Source of the DNA: Albugo candida
Taxonomy: Eukaryota
Direction of reading: 5' to 3'
DNA: 48,835 nt
Assembly: GCA_040437565.1 (NCBI GenBank)
Contig: JBDOQK010000026.1
Span: 372,001 to 420,835, forward strand
Shown: in pieces, positions 11,604 to 23,818 of the stretch
Layout: each line of letters opens with the position of its first letter
Numbering within the stretch: position 1 is the stretch's first letter
The notes under the pieces: generated by a model
What the model was told of the DNA's origin: nothing
Seen by the model: only the letters and a program-made list of their open reading frames with translations
Databases searched by the model: none
Made by a program: the position numbers and the translations under genes

Positions 11604-12047
11604 TAATGCGTACGATCGAATGCAACGACATTGACGCCAATAATAAGGAGGCATTTTATCCCACCGATGATGACCTCCAGATGAAATCGATATAAAGTGA
11701 CGTGATAGAAATCCATCCTCTACCATACGGGTGACTACAATCCCAGTCGATACCGCTCCTGCGCCCACAGCGGTAAACGCGCCCCCTATTTCGACTCTTT
11801 TCGCAATGGTTTTAAAAGTTTCAGTCTTGATACCAAATACACTCTCCGGAGCTTCAGTCAAGGCCTCTGCCTCCGAACTGAGACCTAATAAATGAGGACC
11901 GAACGCGCCTAGAAGCGAAAATGCTCCTATAAAGGCACTTACTCCAAATGCAGCCAGATAGCCCACTTTTAGAGCTTTCTCATCAGGAGAGACCTTGCAT
12001 AACCACTCATCCGGCGTGTTGTTTACAATCGTAATAGATGCGCCCAT
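11307..12047 (-). CDS. Uncharacterised putative membrane protein (paralogue B of a tandem pair)
   Basis: Intronless ORF. ATG at 12047 chosen by homology with paralogue A (MGASIT); same hydrophobic hairpin and conserved W/C residues. Confidence 0.8.
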   Translation of the reverse strand: MGASITIVNNTPDEWLCKVSPDEKALKVGYLAAFGVSAFIGAFSLLGAFGPHLLGLSSEAEALTEAPESVFGIKTETFKTIAKRVEIGGAFTAVGAGAVSTGIVVTRMVEDGFLSRHFISISSGGHHRWDKMPPYYWRQCRCIRSYALNESAVRTESILMRPIFSGWIKRDSEQSIADWIRRSNGTSIDDIVPLVNTDEEDDVDAKQSTATGSTQGQESILPSNQPALVIPPATVANFNQNVNATT

Positions 12048-13048
12048 TGCTTGTCGGACGAGAAAACAACTCAACTGACGATAGTGAGCTTCTTTCGGTT
12101 TTTTCAAAGTGATACGCTGCTAAATTATAGGAATGTTGAAGAGCGAAACTTCATCTCAGAAAAGTTGCACAAAACACGTGGGAAAATATCGGTTTTCTTC
12201 GGTAAGATTTGTCATCGGATCACACACTCGTTGGTGATAGTCAGAAATGTCATCAGTACATCTCGATACTTGATAGTCTATATCGTCGAGTGTTTTGGTT
12301 AAAAAAAGTAAGGTCAATGTGATTCGTATCTACATAGGAAACGTCACGGAAGTGGTAGGAAAATTACAGTCGCGATCTTCTACTAGTAAAGAGAATGACT
12401 GGTTGTACACACCTTCGGGAGCTTCCATTTCGATGTATTTTTCAGTATTATCTAGAACGGGAAGAATGCACTCAAGCATTTATGTGAATGGTTTCCTAGC
12501 ACAAAAAATTGGAAACTGGTATGATATGCCAGCGCGATGGAGCTGAAGGACTCCAACATATATAATCCGTGCGTCTTATGGCCCTTATCTTTCTAACTGC
12601 AAGATGTGGAGAGGATGAAGGAGACTCGCTCAAAGTAATCGTAGAGATAGACGGAAACCTTACGGCTCACATGAGCGAATGATGGCATCTAAGACTTGCG
12701 CGCAGTGCACACGAGCGTGAGAGCTCTCATTAGTCATGGACTTCCTCAACACCCATTGGAAATCGCCTTGGGCGTTTATATCTGCTTCATTTGATCCTGC
12801 GAGGCGGGGACGAAGAATGTTAATCCTCTAATCACTTCTGAAAATTATAGTGATATCCGTGTAGCAAATCGGGACCAGCTAACCATGCGATATCTAAGCA
12901 TACCATCAACGCGATTTGTATGTAACCGAAAGCATGTCATCGCCATAAAAACGATATTGTGTGGATTTGACTCTATGCGGACATTAGGTGACTTGAGCTG
13001 GCAGTATGGGATCCATTTTGGAACGGAGATTCTTCGAGTGGCATTAAA

Positions 13049-13408
13049 GGGAGATGACTTGTATAAGGTGAAGATAATGAATGACATGGTAATTCACAGC
13101 ACAGTTATTACAAAAGGCTATCGAAGCAATTCTAGGAGCTGGAACAACCATAGAGTCTACATCATCTGCCAAACCACCNNNNNNNNNNNNNNNNNNNNNN
13201 NNNNNNNNNNNNNNNNNNNNNNNNNNNNNNNNNNNNNNNNNNNNNNNNNNNNNNNNNNNNNNNNNNNNNNNNNNNNNNGGGAGATGACTTGTATAAGGTG
13301 AAGATAATGAATGACATGGTAATTCACAGCACAGTTATTACAAAAGGCTATCGAAGCAATTCTAGGAGCTGGAACAACCATAGAGTCTACATCATCTGCC
13401 AAACCACC
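13049..13408. repeat. Gap-flanking duplication (13049-13178 = 13279-13408); probable assembly artefact
   Basis: Same 130 bp either side of the gap at 13179-13278. Confidence 0.9.
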
Positions 13409-14072
13409 AAATACAAAGTGAGAAAGATTGTAGGATTGCATGTCCGCTGCTATTGACTTCACTGCGCAGTTCAAGGTCTCTTGGCTGGATTTATTTCAGG
13501 CTATATCGAAGTTCGATGAAGAACTTTGCCCTTCCACCGGTTTTCCAACTCTATGATGAAAGTGGCTGTCGAGAATCGCCAAACGCGGAGGACCACTATA
13601 ACAGGAATACAATAAGTTTTCTCAGCTTCTGAGTGTACTTTCTGTAGAAAACAGAGGTCAAGATTATAGCACTGAGTCTTCTCAGATTGTAAGCTGCTCT
13701 TCAAATTGAGTTCTCTAGTATTAACTGTCCTCAACTGAAACATGCATATACGATGCCATGTATGCTGGGGACCATGGAACAGCATTGCACTCGTCGTATG
13801 TAATGTATTCTTCGTGTGATGAATGATTAGGCCGTGAGCCAAATAAGTCTGGTGTATAAGATGTGGAACGACTAAATGATTTGTTCGACTAGTTCATGCA
13901 AAAAAGTCAGACCGTGATTCAATCAAGTCACTGTGTATTCCACTTTCTCTTATCCAATTTTATCACTGAACTACCGTGAAAGATATAATGTTTTTTATAC
14001 ACACCAGTATCCACCATTCGAGTGTACAATGTTAATTCCTTCCTTCAGGCTTTACTCTCTTTGAGATTGCTC

Positions 14073-15568
14073 TGGTGCACCTGCCGTAATGGACGCTCTA
14101 CATAACACTGTGCTCATCGGAAATTCTGCAATTCATCTGGTATCCATTTCATTTCAAGCAGCTTGATGCGTCAATGCTGCTCAAAAGTTCATGCTGGTAC
14201 AAATATCGAGACTATCTCAAAAAACGTTCGAAAACGTTGTTTTGATATTGTTGATCTTCCAAGCACCAATAAAACAGCAATGACAATGCCGGCCTTTCAT
14301 GGTTACCGCAGTTATCGCATCGATAAATCCTATGCTGAACCGTGGAGCTTCAATCGGAATAGAATGCACATAAATAATCAAGAGTAATCGCACAGTGATT
14401 GACGCGTGTTAAGTGATTTTGTGATGTCTGTTGAGGTTCAAGGTCCTTTATAGTGCGCAATACAGTAATACTTCCCAAGATCTTGGTGGTTGCAAAAAAG
14501 AAAGCAAAGCAGCAGACTTATGGCTCGTCGTTCTCATTCGCCACGAAGCGCAGCACGTAGCGACAGCCGATCGCCACCCCGACATAAGAAATCCTCACCC
14601 GTAAGCGGTAAATCTCGACGTAATCATCGTAGTCGTACTCTTAGTAGATCGCGCTCTGAAGGTCGCACTAAACACGACCGATCTTCGACTCGCCGGCACC
14701 GCTCAAAATCGCGTTCATCCCGCCGCGATCGCAAACGTCGTGATAAGTCTTCGTCTGTCTCACGATCTCGNNNNNNNNNNNNNNNNNNNNNNNNNNNNNN
14801 NNNNNNNNNNNNNNNNNNNNNNNNNNNNNNNNNNNNNNNNNNNNNNNNNNNNNNNNNNNNNNNNNNNNNNTGGTGCACCTGCCGTAATGGACGCTCTACA
14901 TGACACTGTGCTCATCGGAAATTCTGCAATTCATCTGGTATCCATTTCATTTCAAGCAGCTTGATGCGTCAATGCTGCTCAAAAGTTCATGCTGGTACAA
15001 ATATCGAGACTATCTCAAAAAACGTTCGAAAACGTTGTTTTGATATTGTTGATCTTCCAAGCACCAATAAAACAGCAATGACAATGCCGGCCTTTCATGG
15101 TTACCGCAGTTATCGCATCGATAAATCCTATGCTGAACCGTGGAGCTTCAATCGGAATAGAATGCACATAAATAATCAAGAGTAATCGCACAGTGATTGA
15201 CGCGTGTTAAGTGATTTTGTGATGTCTGTTGAGGTTCAAGGTCCTTTATAGTGCGCAATACAGTAATACTTCCCAAGATCTTGGTGGTTGCAAAAAAGAA
15301 AGCAAAGCAGCAGACTTATGGCTCGTCGTTCTCATTCGCCACGAAGCGCAGCACGTAGCGACAGCCGATCGCCACCCCGACATAAGAAATCCTCACCCGT
15401 AAGCGGTAAATCTCGACGTAATCATCGTAGTCGTACTCTTAGTAGATCGCGCTCTGAAGGTCGCACTAAACACGACCGATCTTCGACTCGCCGGCACCGC
15501 TCAAAATCGCGTTCATCCCGCCGCGATCGCAAACGTCGTGATAAGTCTTCGTCTGTCTCACGATCTCG
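14073..15568. repeat. Gap-flanking duplication (14073-14770 vs 14871-15568), including a partial copy of the SR gene
   Basis: 698-bp copies at offset 798; one visible difference (A14104 vs G14902). Confidence 0.9.
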
Positions 15569-16018
15569 TGAGCGAGATCGACCATCACGTCGCAGTACGA
15601 ATGATCGACACGGAAACGAAACAACACGACCTCAAAGTCTTCTTGTTAGAAATTTGAATCCTAAGACAACCGGTGATGATCTGAGACGTGTATTTTCTCG
15701 ACGTCCTGGTGATATTCGTGACGTATACATACCAAAAGATCATTCGACAAATGAGCTTAGAACATTCGCATTCGTAGAGTATGATAACGTTACTACAATG
15801 GAGAAAATGAGTCGTGTTATAATGTTCTGTTTGTTCTTTGTAGGTTTCGCGATGCACGTGAAGCTCGAGAAGTCAAGTACGAAATGGATCGCACAACTCT
15901 GGACGGCAACGAAATCGCGGTACTATTTGCACAGCAGCGGAGGAAAACACCGGATCAAATGCGCGATATTGTCCAGAAGCAAGGTGCTGAAGGTTATAAC
16001 GACAGAGACAGCAATTAG
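15318..16018 (+). CDS. SR-type splicing factor: N-terminal RS domain plus SRSF10/SCL-like RRM, 2 exons
   Basis: RS-rich first ~100 aa; RNP2 LLVRNL and RNP1-like RTFAFVEF across intron 15779-15843; family signature FAQQRRKTPDQM; stop at 16016-16018. Confidence 0.88.
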
Positions 16019-16449
16019 CTAGAAATTCGTGTGGCAGTGTAATCATGCATTTGGCCAACTGCAGCAGTCCTTTTTTTGAGAAAGATCTAAATTCAGAGCG
16101 CACTTGCAATACAAGGAAAATGCAGGTGAAGTTTTGACCAAGAAAAGAATGGAAAAAGATTGTTTTAATGCATGTTGTTGACGAACACGAGCCTACTATC
16201 TACCGAAAGCAATTTTGGACATGCGTATAAAGACTAGTGATTGTTACTTGATTCCAGTCAAAGCTACAAAGCCGATTGATACCCCGATGACTATTGTGCT
16301 TATTACGGATAAAGAAGTCACAAAAAAAGCTGACAGTTTCACATACAAGCTCAAAGAAAAAGCTTTTCTCGATTAAGCTGTCAAGGTCAGCGAATTGAGA
16401 AAGATATCGCTCACAATATCTATTTTTAAAAGTGTCTGAAAGTACTGTA

Positions 16450-17524
16450 TCAGAACGGCGATGACTGAGCAGCCAACGACTTTCCAGAAAAATTGCACGA
16501 CTTGATTTCCTGAGATTGCTTTGTGTCTAATTGGAAGACCAGTATCTGCAGTTTCATATGAGACTTAACGTTGGAAGGAATTGGCATTGGAAGGAACGTG
16601 TCTGGCTGCACTTCCTCAAAAGCCAATCCGGTAGCTTGTGCCTGTTGGAATAAACTATCCTCTATGGATTTTGCTCGACATACAAAACCGCATAAAAATT
16701 TACTTTGGAATGGTGCGGAAGACTTGAGCAAAAAGTATTTGACAGTCTCTAACAGCGGCTGGATGTATGATGGCCAGCACACGACATCCGCGCCGATAAG
16801 TACGTCAACTCCAGATGACTTTTGCTGCTCAAATGCTTGGATGCTGTCATGATCTCCCCACCGAAGAATGGATACTGTGCACTATTCGAAATCAGCGCAT
16901 CAGGGCATTGCATCCGCAGACGTAAGATGAAAATATATACATTATTAGATCGACCACTTATGCCAACGTTTTTCTCCAATAAATCCAATACGACTTCGCT
17001 GCCATCCGTCAGATAAACTTTGTCGCTATTTCCGGAACAATGTCAGCCCTTGCAACAGATCGATGATAAACTTTTACACGTACGCAAAGTGAGAAGCGAC
17101 TAGACCACTCAATCCAACTCCGGCGCCAAGTTCCAGCACCGTTTTATCTTTCAGGAAATCGCGCTGAGAAATCAAATACCTAGCCAGTTCGCGTTAGACG
17201 GAGCCCCAGCGAGACTCTCATGATTCTACCAGGATAAAAATATGGACACAGGCCAAACAACTTGTCCAGTCAAATCGTGATCTGTCTAATAAATTCTGAT
17301 TAACGTGTCCTGCTCGGTATACAATTGTGATACATACCGATGCTGCTAAAGAGCACAGAACTTTTTGCTGAATAAGATCAAAGTCAAAAACCTTGGTTTC
17401 ATATCTACACATTTCGAGTTGTAATGCACAATACTGTAGTATGCGTGACATTGAGAACACACTCTTTGCTAACGAAAAGATCCGCACAAAAATAGCTGTC
17501 TTCCATTATATCAGCCATTTCCAT
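16450..17524 (-). CDS. Methyltransf_16 (METTL21/EEF1AKMT-like) protein methyltransferase, multi-exon
   Basis: Spliced reading gives DHDLTGQVVWP, VLELGAGVGLSGL (motif I), VYLTDG (post-I), ILRWGD and DVLIGADVV (motif II). ATG at 17524 (or 17518/17506). Confidence 0.88.
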
Positions 17525-17604
17525 GGTCAGATTGATACCTGCTGGTTCATTGTTAACATCGATACATTTGTTATATATCAAATTGCCCTCTTCCGCTCGT
17601 TATT

Positions 17605-19188
17605 ATGTTACGCCAGCGCACGTCGACGAATGAAGCAAATGAATCGTTAACAAATAACGATGCTTCGGAGAACGAAATCACTTCTAGGACTAAACGTACC
17701 CTGAAGAAATTTGATGTATACCCGAAACTCCATACGGAATTCAAAGTGCAGACGGAAACGGGGGCAATTGTGTCCATCATCACAGCGGTGATTGCGCTCG
17801 TTTTGTTTCTCGCAGAACTAAGAGAGTATACGTCGGTCCGCACACATGAGCATATGGTTGTCGACTCTACTATCAGTGAAAAACTTAGGATTAATGTTGA
17901 CATTAGTTTTCTGGCTCTGACTTGTAAAGGTACATCACAACCGTTCATTTCCAGACTCACGAAATCAAATGACATTTTGGATGCGATAGAAACATATTTG
18001 ACGGCTATGGATGTGACGGGAGAACTACAGATGAATCTTCATCGTTCGATAGGAATGACGCGATTAGATACAAGGGGGAAACCAATACAGACTTTGCATC
18101 CGAAGAAGAAAGATGTCCTACCAGCTGACTACTGCGGTAGTTGCTATGAAGCCGCACATCCTCTAGGAAAATCGTGCTGCAATACATGTGATGAGGTCAA
18201 AGAAGCGTTTATCGCGAACGACCTTCGTCTATTTGATGCCGATGAGAAAGAACAGTGCGTTCGTGAGACAGCAGAAGAACAGAGACAAGCACAAGCAGGA
18301 GAAGGATGTCGTATGAAAGGTTACATGATGGTCAATCGTGTTGCTGGCAATTTTCACGTTGGACTCGGGCGTACGTTTCATCGGAAAGGAAAGTTGATAC
18401 ATCAGTTCTTACCTGGTCAAGAAAGAGTTTTCAACGCAAGTTTTTTGATCCACTCGTATGTCATCAATGCTGTCAAGACAACAACCTACTGATTTTGCCG
18501 TATTAGCTTATCATTTGGAACACCTTACGCTAACGTAAAAAATGGGCTCGACGGGACTCGATACTTTTCCAAAGAAAGCAAGATCTCGATATTAGGAGTC
18601 TGAATTTTGTAATGGCTAACATGCATGGTGTTCTGGTGTAGGAGGTGGCGTAATGAAATACTTTTTGAAGATTGTGCCGACTATCTACAGTGACATTTCA
18701 TCATCCGTACACTCCTATCAGGTCTGTTTGATATCTTAGCAATACACTACATATTTTGATACTCACAATCTCTCTGTTAGTACTCTCACACTAAGCAAGA
18801 GAAATACATGAATCAATTTGGCCAATTGTCAGGACTTCCAGGTATCTAAATTACGAAACTAAAGCTGAGTTTGTATCACGGATAGGATACCTCTTCTGCT
18901 GAGTAGGAGCCTATTTCATGTTTGAATTTTCCCCATTCATGGTCAAAGTCGATAACGAGCGGATTCCATTCACACATTTTGTGATCAGAATATTTGCAAT
19001 ATTGGGGGGAATGATATCGGTACTATTTTGTTCACGCTTCAATGAAAGTCTGATGCTTAAAACCCGATGTCTGTGCATTTTATCTTTAGATTGCTGGATT
19101 CGTCGATTCGGTCATTTTCCATTTTTTCTCCCGGCACAACAAACCGTCTACTTCAGCTTCCAAAAAGACCAAAGAAATAGCTCGATAG
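17605..19188 (+). CDS. ERGIC3: ER-Golgi intermediate compartment protein 3 (Erv46), multi-exon
   Basis: LKKFDVYPK, N-terminal TM, YCGSCY..CCNTCDEV, EGCRMKG..VNRVAGNFH, YFLKIVPT, FEFSPFMV, second TM FAILGGMISIAGFVDSV; stop at 19186-19188. Confidence 0.93.
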
Positions 19189-19698
19189 ACATGATGAAGA
19201 CACTCGTTTCCTCGACTAGGAAGTTGTTGCCTCACCCTACTAGCCAGTGAAACTTACTCTTTTAAAAAAGTAATGAGATTGTACTGTTCTTCAAAAAAAG
19301 TTCTTACACCATTTTGAACCCTAGCAATTAAATTGCAATACTCTTCCGTAGAGGCGTGAGTAATTGCTGCTGTACACGCTACGATAAAGGTGAACATGCA
19401 AGAAAGTGCTATTTGCTTCGACCCTTGTAAGTGGATAAAATACATCCTTTCCACGTACGTAATCCTATACACAGACTGTGATAATATTGGAACAACCGCC
19501 CTCTGCGTTCGTCATTATTTTGTACATAAAAGAGAACAAGTGTTTCCTGCTTTTTTTACTGATTCTACGATTTCTGGTCCGTTGAGTAAATCTTTCATCC
19601 TACTTTATGCATCAAATATCATATCGTAATATCCTCCTTGAAACTAGTTCAACACCATCTCATAATCATATTAGCGCACTTGTCCATTTCGTTTGCAA

Positions 19699-20947
19699 AT
19701 GGTTCAAAGCCCTTGGCGTCCGAATCAGTCGAATATATCTCGTCCTTCCGATGCAACTAATTCGTCGAACAATGGCGGGAATGGCTTTTGCCGAAAAAAA
19801 CGACGCTGGGTTGATCCTGAGTACATTGCGATCTCTGATTTCTTAAGCACGATTGGTGAAGTTGATGAAAGTGAAACACACACGGGAGATTTGATCGGCA
19901 ACAGAATAGACAGGGTTTCTTTGACGAGTATGTCGCACTCTGATGGATTAATGCATGAAAAAACAAACACTGCATTCCATGCATCACAATTAAAAAAAGT
20001 TCTCGTAAATACTCATGAAGACTCGGATCGCATTAGTGATGTGTGCCTTGATCAGGACTTCGCTTTTGAGAACCAACTACATTGGAGCGAGAAAGCCCAC
20101 ACTGAAGATTTTCGGAAAACTCAAGCAGAAGATGAGACATACGATCATTGGCCTTCGTCGACAACTCACACTCGAACATCAGTAAGTGATGCAGGAGAAG
20201 CTTCTCAGAATGTGCTATCATCATGTTCTTTATCTCGAAACACAAGACTCACCGAGTTGGAGCAATATGTACGAGAACTGGAATCCGATAATTTGAGACT
20301 TAAGCAGACTTTGTCATTGGGTAAGAGTTCCGCCAGGATGTTTACCGTTGGGAATGATATCAGAAATGAAATCGACCAAATGTTAGAAGAACGAACAAGG
20401 ATTGTTGAGGAATTGGTCGATCAGTTGAATGGACCATGCTTGAGTGCTGAAGTTGCCTCCCGTATTTGGCATCCTCAGTGTCGTATAAGCGTCGGAGTAT
20501 GTGAATGGGATGCAGTCGGAAGAGGAGAGACTATCAGCTTGTGGGATTTAATCAGGTCCATATTTACAAACGTGGCGATAGACATCGTGGATCTTCGTCC
20601 TCATTTTTCTGATGGGGAAATGGTATGAGCACTCATGAACTCGTCTCACGAACAATATCTCATATTCTATGACTCAGATACTTACAAAATGGCGAATACA
20701 GGGTGAAGTTGCCAGCACAACGCAGCTCAAGGCACTGTGTTCTTCCCACAAATGTCCGTCCCTTATGAAGATTGCTTTGATGTCCATCAAGTCCACCGAC
20801 TTGACCTTTACAGTAAATGTGTATATCATATTTGACCAATTCCAAATCGCAGAACAACATCATTGTTGGGATCAGGTCGGCGTATTTCGACGGCTATTTG
20901 GTGGCCAGTTACCTACTTCTTTGCTCAATAGTCTTAATGTGAACTAG
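19699..20947 (+). CDS. bZIP-like leucine-zipper protein with a putative C-terminal NTF2/SnoaL-like alpha/beta domain, 2 exons
   Basis: NLS-like RKKRR; zipper LEQYVRE-LESDNLR-LKQTL; intron 20623-20677 (gtatga...ctcag) joins the 311-aa and 92-aa ORFs. Fold call is inferred from residue pattern only. Confidence 0.7.
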
Positions 20948-21807
20948 AATGGAAGGCACCAAAGTAGAACGCTGTATGATAACAGTAGATTTATATGCTC
21001 AAGCGATAAAATCCTGCTAATTCCCCAATGAGACAAGACAAATCAATTAAGAATTGTATATCATGAGCTCCTTAGTGAAAGGGATAATTATTCAAAAAGT
21101 TTAAGGCTTCCTTTTTCCGCGCACAACAACACAGTAACAAGCAAGTGGAGTTTGATAGCTGCGCTCCTTTTTCTGATTGTAAAAATCGATGGGATTATTC
21201 CAATGAAGAAACTCATTGCGAATCAATCATTACCCGCTTTAAAATTTGAACAAGTTTGACCGCGCGGTATAACCCTGCTTTTCTGTGTAAGAGGGTGAAC
21301 CGACCTCTTTTGATCACTCAACGTTGTGTGTTCTTCGGGAATGAACGACTGAAAGACCCGAACTATTTTATGAATTCTAGTTTGAGCATTTCGGCTGAGT
21401 GCAGCTAACCAGGTCCACAGCTCAATCGATTAGCCAAAACAGCATACATTTCAGGAATGAAGAAGACTCAGGTGGAAAAAATATACGTGGAATAAGCAGT
21501 CATTTTTAAGTCAGCACGGTAATGTAAAAGTTGTTTGGTTGGGAAGCGATTTGTGCTCTGCATGTAGAGTATGTGCTTCATAAGGGTTTATAAGCAATTC
21601 TTGAGCTTTCTGAAATTTATAGCTGCCTCATATTATATGAAAAACTTGAATATGTGTTTCTTGCTCACAAGATGACTAACTGGTTCTAGAAAAGAACGAT
21701 GGAATTANNNNNNNNNNNNNNNNNNNNNNNNNNNNNNNNNNNNNNNNNNNNNNNNNNNNNNNNNNNNNNNNNNNNNNNNNNNNNNNNNNNNNNNNNNNNN
21801 NNNNNNN

Positions 21808-23818
21808 AAATGGTTCAAAGCCCTTGGCGTCCGAATCAGTCGAATATATCTCGTCCTTCCGATGCAACTAATTCGTCGAACAATGGCGGGAATGGCTTTT
21901 GCCGAAAAAAACGACGCTGGGTTGATCCTGAGTACATTGCGATCTCTGATTTCTTAAGCACGATTGGTGAAGTTGATGAAAGTGAAACACACACGGGAGA
22001 TTTGATCGGCAACAGAATAGACAGGGTTTCTTTGACGAGTATGTCGCACTCTGATGGATTAATGCATGAAAAAACAAACACTGCATTCCATGCATCACAA
22101 TTAAAAAAAGTTCTCGTAAATACTCATGAAGACTCGGATCGCATTAGTGATGTGTGCCTTGATCAGGACTTCGCTTTTGAGAACCAACTACATTGGAGCG
22201 AGAAAGCCCACACTGAAGATTTTCGGAAAACTCAAGCAGAAGATGAGACATACGATCATTGGCCTTCGTCGACAACTCACACTCGAACATCAGTAAGTGA
22301 TGCAGGAGAAGCTTCTCAGAATGTGCTATCATCATGTTCTTTATCTCGAAACACAAGACTCACCGAGTTGGAGCAATATGTACGAGAACTGGAATCCGAT
22401 AATTTGAGACTTAAGCAGACTTTGTCATTGGGTAAGAGTTCCGCCAGGATGTTTACCGTTGGGAATGATATCAGAAATGAAATCGACCAAATGTTAGAAG
22501 AACGAACAAGGATTGTTGAGGAATTGGTCGATCAGTTGAATGGACCATGCTTGAGTGCTGAAGTTGCCTCCCGTATTTGGCATCCTCAGTGTCGTATAAG
22601 CGTCGGAGTATGTGAATGGGATGCAGTCGGAAGAGGAGAGACTATCAGCTTGTGGGATTTAATCAGGTCCATATTTACAAACGTGGCGATAGACATCGTG
22701 GATCTTCGTCCTCATTTTTCTGATGGGGAAATGGTATGAGCACTCATGAACTCGTCTCACGAACAATATCTCATATTCTATGACTCAGATACTTACAAAA
22801 TGGCGAATACAGGGTGAAGTTGCCAGCACAACGCAGCTCAAGGCACTGTGTTCTTCCCACAAATGTCCGTCCCTTATGAAGATTGCTTTGATGTCCATCA
22901 AGTCCACCGACTTGACCTTTACAGTAAATGTGTATATCATATTTGACCAATTCCAAATCGCAGAACAACATCATTGTTGGGATCAGGTCGGCGTATTTCG
23001 ACGGCTATTTGGTGGCCAGTTACCTACTTCTTTGCTCAATAGTCTTAATGTGAACTAGAATGGAAGGCACCAAAGTAGAACGCTGTATGATAACAGTAGA
23101 TTTATATGCTCAAGCGATAAAATCCTGCTAATTCCCCAATGAGACAAGACAAATCAATTAAGAATTGTATATCATGAGCTCCTTAGTGAAAGGGATAATT
23201 ATTCAAAAAGTTTAAGGCTTCCTATTTCCGCGCACAACAACACAGTAACAAACAAGTGGAGTTTGATAGCTGCGCTCCTTTTTCTGATTGTAAAAATCGA
23301 TGGGATTATTCCAATGAAGAAACTCATTGCGAATCAATCATTACCCGCTTTAAAATTTGAACAAGTTTGACCGCGCGGTATAACCCTGCTTTTCTGTGTA
23401 AGAGGGTGAACCGACCTCTTTTGATCACTCAACGTTGTGTGTTCTTCGGGAATGAACGACTGAAAGACCCGAACTATTTTATGAATTCTAGTTTGAGCAT
23501 TTCGGCTGAGTGCAGCTAACCAGGTCCACAGCTCAATCGATTAGCCAAAACAGCATACATTTCAGGAATGAAGAAGACTCAGGTGGAAAAAATATACGTG
23601 GAATAAGCAGTCATTTTTAAGTCAGCACGGTAATGTAAAAGTTGTTTGGTTGGGAAGCGATTTGTGCTCTGCATGTAGAGTATGTGCTTCATAAGGGTTT
23701 ATAAGCAATTCTTGAGCTTTCTGAAATTTATAGCTGCCTCATATTATATGAAAAACTTGAATATGTGTTTCTTGCTCACAAGATGACTAACTGGTTCTAG
23801 AAAAGAACGATGGAATTA
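21808..23818 (+). repeat. Second copy of 19697-21707 (includes the whole bZIP-like CDS at 21810-23058); probable unmerged allele
   Basis: Offset 2111 across the gap at 21708-21807. Visible differences only downstream of the CDS (T21113/A23224, G21141/A23252). Confidence 0.88.

Noticed and set aside
5097..19188. Apparent functional cluster of GTPase and trafficking genes (DRG1, syntaxin, RagC/D, ERGIC3)
   Set aside because: Mixed orientations and unrelated pathways; ordinary housekeeping neighbourhood in a compact genome.
21810..23058. Second bZIP-like gene as a true tandem paralogue
   Set aside because: Coding sequence appears identical and abuts an N gap like the other duplications; most likely an assembly artefact.
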